A stretch of DNA of 16,738 bases from a virus: the IMG/VR virus record IMGVR_UViG_3300045988_116319. One strand, 5' to 3'. The translations under genes were made by a program, and so were the position numbers. Position 1 is the first letter of the stretch. The number at the start of each line of letters is the position of its first letter. This document shows positions 7,785 through 12,585 of the stretch, one piece after another. Below the pieces are notes generated by a model. It saw nothing but the letters and a program-made list of their open reading frames with translations, searched no databases and was not told the DNA's origin.

Positions 7785-8839
7785 GTTAAAACCTCCTTTA
7801 AATTGGGATATAACCAGATTGGCATTTTATGCCGTTTTGGTTTCACGGGTTGTGGCGGCTCGGGTGGCTCGGGTTGCTCTCCTTTTGCTAAGTACCGATA
7901 TACCATGACCGCGTTGTTCAATCTTTCAGAATCGGATAGATAGCGGTTTCCTACGATCCATCCGGTAATTGTCGTATCTTTTGCGTGTTCGGAAATATAG
8001 TTAAAGCACGTATGCGCTTTTTCCTGCCGGAACGCAAGTGTTCCATCGTCACTGATTCCCTCCCACCCTTTCATGTAGGAGGCAGTCAATGCGTTCAAAT
8101 CCGTGCTGTCACTGTGCAAAAATGCTTGCAGATTTTCGTAAGTACTGGCGACTCCGACGGAATACCAGACATTTTCATAAAGCAGATATTCCAACTGCGC
8201 GTTTCCATCTTCCCGGCTGTACCCGTTCGCATCTAGCCAGTTAAATAATTGTGTCCGGCGGTTGGTGGAGGCGTTATCTGTCCACTGTCCCAAACCATAG
8301 CCGGGCGCTCCTACAACCGTTCCCTCCCATAATCCAGGATTTACGGTGGATTCCTGCCAGAAATTGCCGCAGATGGCGGAAATCACATACTGGCTGATAC
8401 CGCTTTGTACCTCAACCGGATATCGGTACAGATACGTCCAAGCACTATAGGGGCTCACAAACGTATTGATGGATACCTGTCTTTCGAGCGGGTAACTATC
8501 GGTGTGCGCCCCCATCGTATACCCGCCGCCGTCTGCCGGATCATGCACCATTTCTGTATGACCGGAACGCCACAAGATATCACCTTTCTTCCATGGCTGA
8601 TTGGCGGTACCTTTTTGAAATCCGGCACCGATCAGATACCCGTCCATGCTCCGCGTGGTAAACCATGGGTTAGATGCTAAAAACCCGCCGACCGTACAAC
8701 AGTAACTCATGAGAGAGGAGCAATCATAGTAGGTAATACCTCCTACGGTCTGCCCCTCACGATACGTTTGAGAATACCCAACGTTTGGATCGTTGCAGAT
8801 TTCAATGCAAGTGTTATACGCAAGTGTCAGATCAGCCAC
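7781..8839 (-). CDS. Bifunctional virion-associated (tail) peptidoglycan hydrolase: N-terminal Amidase_5/NlpC-P60-clan domain + C-terminal phage tail lysozyme-like domain, 352 aa
   Basis: The N-terminus has GYSQ...YYDCSS...KKGDILWRSGHTEMV, the Cys/His pattern of Pal-type Amidase_5. The C-terminus has ICGNFWQESTVNPG...GYGLGQWTD...RRTQLFNWL...AQLEYLL, typical of the phage tail lysozyme family (PF18013-like). Has a Pro-rich tail PEPPEPPQPVKP. No signal peptide or SH3 domain. Confidence 0.7.
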   Translation of the reverse strand: MADLTLAYNTCIEICNDPNVGYSQTYREGQTVGGITYYDCSSLMSYCCTVGGFLASNPWFTTRSMDGYLIGAGFQKGTANQPWKKGDILWRSGHTEMVHDPADGGGYTMGAHTDSYPLERQVSINTFVSPYSAWTYLYRYPVEVQSGISQYVISAICGNFWQESTVNPGLWEGTVVGAPGYGLGQWTDNASTNRRTQLFNWLDANGYSREDGNAQLEYLLYENVWYSVGVASTYENLQAFLHSDSTDLNALTASYMKGWEGISDDGTLAFRQEKAHTCFNYISEHAKDTTITGWIVGNRYLSDSERLNNAVMVYRYLAKGEQPEPPEPPQPVKPKRHKMPIWLYPNLKEVLT

Positions 8840-9524
8840 GGGTCAGTCCCTCTTTCGCAACGTAACCAGTATAGACGATTCCATTGACAACCGCTTTTAC
8901 AAGATACCACTCATTTGTATAATACCCATAGTTTCTAACACTGGTTCCGGCTGGCAACGTTAAAAGGACCGTTTTATCCATTCCCGCCCCAACGCGTAAA
9001 TTATAGCGATCATTGGTATGATACGCTCCGGCGATTCTCCGGTCAAAACTACGTGCGGATTCGGTTTTGATGGAGTGCTCCATCACTTTCGGTGGTTTGT
9101 CTTTTTTTCCCGTATACCGATAATGAACGGTATTACCATACGGTAGATCGTAGTAAGACCGAACACAAATTTCCTTTCCGGTCTGATCCCCTGTCTCTCC
9201 ATCAATGCCGCCGTTTTCGGACTGGCTGGCGTGAACAATATTGGACGCGTCAACCGACATCGTTACATGATGCCCAGCCGCAAGGTGGATATCACCGCGT
9301 TTCCACGGTTTACCACATTTCACAAAACCGGCTTTTTCCAACTGATCCGCAAGATTTCTGGTTGTGCTGTAGATGCTGACCGGAAAACCAGCGTTCGCAA
9401 GTGCCGTTCCGACAAATGACGAACAATCATAATCAGGACTGTTCCGGTGTACCTGTGAGTAGCCGTGCCGATCATCGGCGGCGATCTTTTCCGCCCACGC
9501 AACTGCGTTTTCGATTTTATTCAT
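8832..9524 (-). CDS. Endolysin: Amidase_5 (Pal-like N-acetylmuramoyl-L-alanine amidase, NlpC/P60 clan) + C-terminal SH3b cell-wall-binding domain, 230 aa
   Basis: The pattern HGYSQVHRNSPDYDCSSFV...KRGDIHLAAGHHVTM resembles the Dp-1 Pal amidase pattern. The C-terminal YNLRVGAGMDKTVLLTLPAGTSV...EWYLVKAVVNGIVYTGYVAKEGL is SH3b-like. The ORF track starts at GTG 9533, but GGAGG (9534-9538) abuts that codon. ATG 9524 has 9-nt spacing and overlaps the holin stop, so it is preferred. Confidence 0.8.
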   Translation of the reverse strand: MNKIENAVAWAEKIAADDRHGYSQVHRNSPDYDCSSFVGTALANAGFPVSIYSTTRNLADQLEKAGFVKCGKPWKRGDIHLAAGHHVTMSVDASNIVHASQSENGGIDGETGDQTGKEICVRSYYDLPYGNTVHYRYTGKKDKPPKVMEHSIKTESARSFDRRIAGAYHTNDRYNLRVGAGMDKTVLLTLPAGTSVRNYGYYTNEWYLVKAVVNGIVYTGYVAKEGLTRG

Positions 9525-9714
9525 TCTTTCCACCTCCTAAGTGCTGGCAAAGTGAATTAATTGCAGTTGTGTTTGCTTCTACACTTTTCCGCAGTTCTTC
9601 CATCTCTGCCTTGTGTGCGTCTTTTTCTTTCACCAGATACCAGAAAAGCGCACCGCAAGAAACAATTGGAAAACCGAGACTTCCAACTAACTGCGTTACC
9701 ATAGTTACATCCAT
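9517..9714 (-). CDS. Holin-like protein, BhlA/UviB-type (single N-terminal TM + charged coiled-coil tail), 65 aa
   Basis: A hydrophobic stretch VTQLVGSLGFPIVSCGALFWYLV is followed by KEKDAHKAEMEELRKSVE. Lies immediately upstream of and overlapping the endolysin. Strong SD aaggaggttgaaacATG. Confidence 0.6.
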   Translation of the reverse strand: MDVTMVTQLVGSLGFPIVSCGALFWYLVKEKDAHKAEMEELRKSVEANTTAINSLCQHLGGGKNE

Positions 9715-9995
9715 GTTTCAACCTCCTTATCCTGCCATTTTAACCAGTCCTCAATTTCACTTAATTTATCACACATGATAAAGTTATGAATGAATCGGAC
9801 TGGCGATTTACAATTATACGCGTTACCATCCATAAAAAAGAAATCCCACAAATACCGGATATGAGACTCATAATTTTCATGTGGGACAAAGATCAACGTG
9901 TCTTTTTCGTCCCCTTTATAGCGTACCGTATAAGCAAGATAATCATTTTCTTTTTTCATCATTCCTACAATCATATTTAAAACGATACTTGACAT
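9705..9995 (-). CDS. Hypothetical protein, 96 aa (first gene after the structured leader)
   Basis: An ATG ORF with SD gaaaggagcaaagATG, overlapping the holin start by 10 nt. I recognise no family. Confidence 0.55.
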   Translation of the reverse strand: MSSIVLNMIVGMMKKENDYLAYTVRYKGDEKDTLIFVPHENYESHIRYLWDFFFMDGNAYNCKSPVRFIHNFIMCDKLSEIEDWLKWQDKEVETWM

Positions 9996-10010
9996 CTTTG
10001 CTCCTTTCTT

Positions 10011-10099
10011 CCCGTCCTTTGAAAAAACAAGGAAACCTTTTGACCTGCCAAGGACGGGGCGGTTTACTCAACCGTGGCAACCCCTCTAAAAAGGTTTCC
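10011..10099 (-). ncRNA. Structured leader / terminator-like element (interleaved 11-bp and 9-bp helices plus U-tract)
   Basis: On the minus-strand RNA, ggaaacctttt (10099-10089) pairs with aaaaggtttcc (10041-10031) and is followed by ttgtttttt (10030-10022). A second perfect 9-bp helix pairs cccgtcctt (10058-10050) with aaggacggg (10019-10011). Its arms interleave with the first helix and end 5 nt before the SD of the 96-aa ORF. Type is uncertain: attenuator, small RNA or simply a terminator. Confidence 0.45.
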
Positions 10100-10109
10100 C
10101 CGTATTTTC

Positions 10110-10138
10110 ATGATACATCTATTATGTCAGTATGTCAA
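10110..10138 (-). promoter_or_regulatory. Sigma-A-like promoter (candidate promoter of the lysis/structural block)
   Basis: On the minus strand: TTGACA (10138-10133), a 17-nt spacer, then TATCAT (10115-10110). Located 25 nt downstream of the ATPase stop. Confidence 0.5.
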
Positions 10139-10162
10139 GTACATTTGTCCGTTCTACACAAA

Positions 10163-11329
10163 CTATTTGTAAAGATCAATCCCCAGCAACTCAACCGCCA
10201 TATTCTTACTGTCCAGATCGTCAAAACGCAAGTATGCTTTCCGGTACGCGTCAACCAGATTTTCAAACAAATAATCATAGTGTTCCAACATAACCGTGTT
10301 TTGGGTGTGGTCGCCATCCCGAAAAACAGCAACAAAATTACAAGACGGGTTATAGTTGTGCGTGATATAGATGTACCCCTCTTCGTAATACTCATATACC
10401 CCATAGCTTTTTCCGCTGTGTTCGATCGTAAACAGATACCGCGACCGTCCGGTCGGCTTCTGGACAAACACACCATCGTCAATCAACATCTGATCCCCGA
10501 CACTCATACTCTGCATATAATGCCCGCCGCGGAATGCTTTCAAAGCGGTGTTCTCCCACATTGCCTTATTTGCGCTGTCATTGTGTGTAAATTCACAAAC
10601 AAACCCACTTCCATGCATCATTTTTGTTTCTTTCTGATATCTCTTATGGATACCAAAAAATACAAAATAAGGATTGAGCAACGAGATATTATTGGATGCC
10701 ATAACTAATTTAAACCATCTGGATTGGCTTCCGTTTCCACGGCTGATCGTCAATAACAACGATTGCAGTTTTTCGGATTCCCCTTTTACGTATTGCCCGC
10801 TTTCCATGCTAAACTCATCAAAAAACAAAAAGTAGATATCCCGAAAATACGGTGACAGCTTTTTTACGCTGTCCATCTTACTTCCAAAACTAAACGCGCA
10901 ACCGAACGGCACACCGTCCAGAAAATAGCGCACGACATTTCCGTTTTTGTCCAGATTTTTATAAGTAACCACACTTCCTAATTTTGGATACATGCTAAGC
11001 ATATCTTCATACATTGCCGCCGCTCCCGTCATTTCCCCTTTTGTACGAAAGATCCATCCGGTCTGCAATCCATACTCTTTGCACAAAATACAACTAGCCG
11101 CGGCGAACGCACTTGTCTTTCCGGCACTACGGTTGGAACATGTAATTGCCACGCCAGCGAAATCCCCGTCCACGTCTGGTTCCGTAAATAGTCGGATCGG
11201 GTTATAATACTCTATCGGATTTCCTTTATCGTCTACCCCCCAAAATTTTACATCATAAGCAGCAAAAAGTTTTTCCCATTGAATATCGTTCCAAAAAATC
11301 ATTGTTTCACGTGAAACATTTTGTTTCAC
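10163..11329 (-). CDS. DNA encapsidation (packaging) ATPase, phi29 gp16-like, 388 aa as tracked
   Basis: Walker A-like CSNRSAGKTSAF and Walker B-like IYFLFFDEF. The size class and presence in a phi29-type gene set fit. The start is uncertain: GTG 11329 lies 1 nt after GGAGGA (too close), and the next in-frame ATG is at 11302 (379 aa). Confidence 0.8.
   Translation of the reverse strand: MKQNVSRETMIFWNDIQWEKLFAAYDVKFWGVDDKGNPIEYYNPIRLFTEPDVDGDFAGVAITCSNRSAGKTSAFAAASCILCKEYGLQTGWIFRTKGEMTGAAAMYEDMLSMYPKLGSVVTYKNLDKNGNVVRYFLDGVPFGCAFSFGSKMDSVKKLSPYFRDIYFLFFDEFSMESGQYVKGESEKLQSLLLTISRGNGSQSRWFKLVMASNNISLLNPYFVFFGIHKRYQKETKMMHGSGFVCEFTHNDSANKAMWENTALKAFRGGHYMQSMSVGDQMLIDDGVFVQKPTGRSRYLFTIEHSGKSYGVYEYYEEGYIYITHNYNPSCNFVAVFRDGDHTQNTVMLEHYDYLFENLVDAYRKAYLRFDDLDSKNMAVELLGIDLYK
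11303..11318. promoter_or_regulatory. parS site 1 (perfect 16-bp ParB/Spo0J consensus palindrome), plus adjacent half-site 11322-11331
   Basis: An exact TGTTTCACGTGAAACA, matching the Bacillus/bacterial parS consensus TGTTNCACGTGAAACA. TGTTTCACGT is repeated 3 nt further on (11322-11331). Confidence 0.75.
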
Positions 11330-11401
11330 GTCCTCCTTTCTATCGTTTTCTAAAACCCCGCTCCGCGTCCCTGCAATTTCCCGCCAGTCTCTCTGCAGGT
11401 A

Positions 11402-11434
11402 ATCTCACGTTTATCGCACGATGATCGCACGTTT
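11402..11434. repeat. Three tandem 11-bp direct repeats (consensus ATCGCACGTTT)
   Basis: The units are atctcacgttt (11402-11412), atcgcacgatg (11413-11423) and atcgcacgttt (11424-11434). One unit per helical turn, in the non-coding gap upstream of the ATPase gene. Confidence 0.6.
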
Positions 11435-11465
11435 GCTTGCAGTTGGACGGCAGATCTTTGCTGGG

Positions 11466-11500
11466 TATAAAAAGAGCTACGCTGGAAAACGTAGCTCTTT
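11466..11500 (-). terminator. Rho-independent terminator ending the replication-gene transcription unit
   Basis: On the minus strand, the stem gagctacg (with loop ttttccag) pairs with cgtagctc and is followed by tttttat. The stem extends to 11 bp with A-U pairs (11471-11481 / 11490-11500). Located 113 nt downstream of the SSB-like gene stop. Confidence 0.75.
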
Positions 11501-11612
11501 CACACGTATGGAGTTTTCAAATACACAAGATATAGTAACAATCAACTACAGGTAACTTATCATACTCATAGGTACATTCCACCATTCGGAGTGCGTATTG
11601 CCGTCCTATGGA

Positions 11613-12032
11613 TTAAGCGAACGGGTTATACTTTTCTGTATCCCCGAACTTGTGAACGTTTACCGCGGAAAGGTAAGCGGTAAATCCCTTGTCACGGCGG
11701 AATTTGCTTTCGCCGATCGTGATGAAGAGGTCGACTACTGCGCCTTTGCCGAGTTCGTTGACACTGGAAACTACGTCGCTCTCCATACCGTCCTCATAAA
11801 AGTTAACGTGGTAATTGGTAATCGCTTTCACGTAAAGTCCAGATTCGTAACTTTCTTTCGCAGGAATCCACTTTGCTTCTGCAGCGGCATCCTCTCCGAA
11901 CGTCTCTATAATTTCTGCGAAAATTGCTTTCTGCTGATCTGCTGTGATCAAAGCAGAAAGAACGCTTTTGCCGTCCTCCTCTTTTGCGTATTTTACGGTA
12001 ACGTTCATAAGTTTCATTCTAGCTTTGTTCAT
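11613..12032 (-). CDS. Candidate ssDNA-binding protein (T7 gp2.5 / DUF2815-like), 139 aa
   Basis: Strong SD aaaaaggagaaaaatcATG. The sequence pattern (N-terminal beta strand MNVTVKYAK, helical QQKAIFAEIIETF, and C-terminal GKGAVVDLFITIGES...GFTAYLSAVNVHKF) resembles my recollection of DUF2815 SSBs. Lies in the replication module. Homology is not verified. Confidence 0.45.
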   Translation of the reverse strand: MNKARMKLMNVTVKYAKEEDGKSVLSALITADQQKAIFAEIIETFGEDAAAEAKWIPAKESYESGLYVKAITNYHVNFYEDGMESDVVSSVNELGKGAVVDLFITIGESKFRRDKGFTAYLSAVNVHKFGDTEKYNPFA

Positions 12033-12139
12033 GATTTTTCTCCTTTTTGATTAAGTTGTTTTGTTATACAGAACCGCGGCGCTTTGCTTTGATCGTTTCC
12101 GTCTTATCTGGTCACTTCCAGACAGCGGCTGTGCGCTGA

Positions 12140-12376
12140 TTAGTCGTCTAGTCTCTTTGCTTCGGCAAAGAACTGTTCATCTGACATCTCGTAGCGGGCG
12201 GATACGGTATCGGTTAAGACACAGATAGATTCCTCCGGAAAACCTGCGGCAGCAACAGCGGCGGTTTTTGCTTTCCTCGATTTCAGTTCTTCTGTATTCT
12301 CAAAAGAACCGATCACCTGTTTTGTGTTTCTGTCAATGACAGAGTAGATAAATGTTTCGATTTTTGTTCTAACCAT
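12140..12376 (-). CDS. Hypothetical early protein, 78 aa
   Basis: An ATG with SD aagaaaaggagaacaataATG, directly downstream of a strong promoter. Acidic C-terminus. No recognisable family. Confidence 0.6.
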   Translation of the reverse strand: MVRTKIETFIYSVIDRNTKQVIGSFENTEELKSRKAKTAAVAAAGFPEESICVLTDTVSARYEMSDEQFFAEAKRLDD

Positions 12377-12421
12377 TATTGTTCTCCTTTTCTTATGTGG
12401 TTGTGATTTCTTACAAGTATT

Positions 12422-12450
12422 ATAATAGCACTATTCTAACAAAAAGTCAA
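12422..12450 (-). promoter_or_regulatory. Sigma-A promoter with extended -10
   Basis: On the minus strand: TTGACT (12450-12445), a 17-nt spacer, then TGcTATTAT (-10 at 12427-12422, preceded by TG). A TATAAT hexamer sits 3 nt further downstream. Lies in an AT-rich gap upstream of the 78-aa ORF. Confidence 0.6.
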
Positions 12451-12454
12451 TACT

Positions 12455-12577
12455 TTAAATAAGAAAAAGAAATAAAATATCTAATATGATAAGTAAGATA
12501 GTAAAATCAAATTCTTCTTTATCAATAGCAAAAATAGTTATTAACAATAATAGCATAAAAAATACAAAATATCTCAT
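12455..12577 (-). CDS. Unannotated 40-codon hydrophobic peptide (MRYFVFFMLLLLITIFAIDKEEFDFTILLIILDILFLFLI)
   Basis: Hand-translated from the minus strand and below the ORF-track size cut-off. The SD AGGAGA overlaps the polymerase TAG stop (gaaTAGGAGAcaatATG). Has two hydrophobic segments separated by DKEEFD. Caveat: AT-rich DNA readily yields Phe/Ile/Leu-rich pseudo-ORFs. Confidence 0.35.
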   Translation of the reverse strand: MRYFVFFMLLLLITIFAIDKEEFDFTILLIILDILFLFLI

Positions 12578-12585
12578 ATTGTCTC

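Noticed and set aside
7492-7943. Plus-strand ORFs of 138 aa and 127 aa
   Set aside because: They are antisense to the scaffold and tail-lysin genes. They are Ser/Ala/Cys-rich with no SD.
10135-10482. Nested same-strand alternative-frame ORFs: 10135-10482, 12831-13220, 13926-14108, 4968-5168, 5499-5786, 6324-6509, 6691-6903 and 9320-9502
   Set aside because: Each lies wholly inside a larger, homology-supported gene in another frame, with no SD. They are treated as chance ORFs.
9881-10708. A 275-aa plus-strand ORF
   Set aside because: It is entirely antisense to the well-supported packaging ATPase and the leader region. It has no SD, and its protein sequence is low-complexity and unconvincing. 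It is a shadow ORF.
11507-11575. A 22-codon minus-strand ORF (MVECTYEYDKLPVVDCYYILCI) in the 3' UTR of the SSB-like gene
   Set aside because: It has no Shine-Dalgarno and is very short. It is more parsimoniously part of an untranslated or structured region.
11598-12050. A 150-aa plus-strand ORF overlapping the SSB-like gene
   Set aside because: The minus-strand frame has a strong SD (AAAAAGGAGA), plausible protein composition and operon context. The plus-strand frame has none of these.
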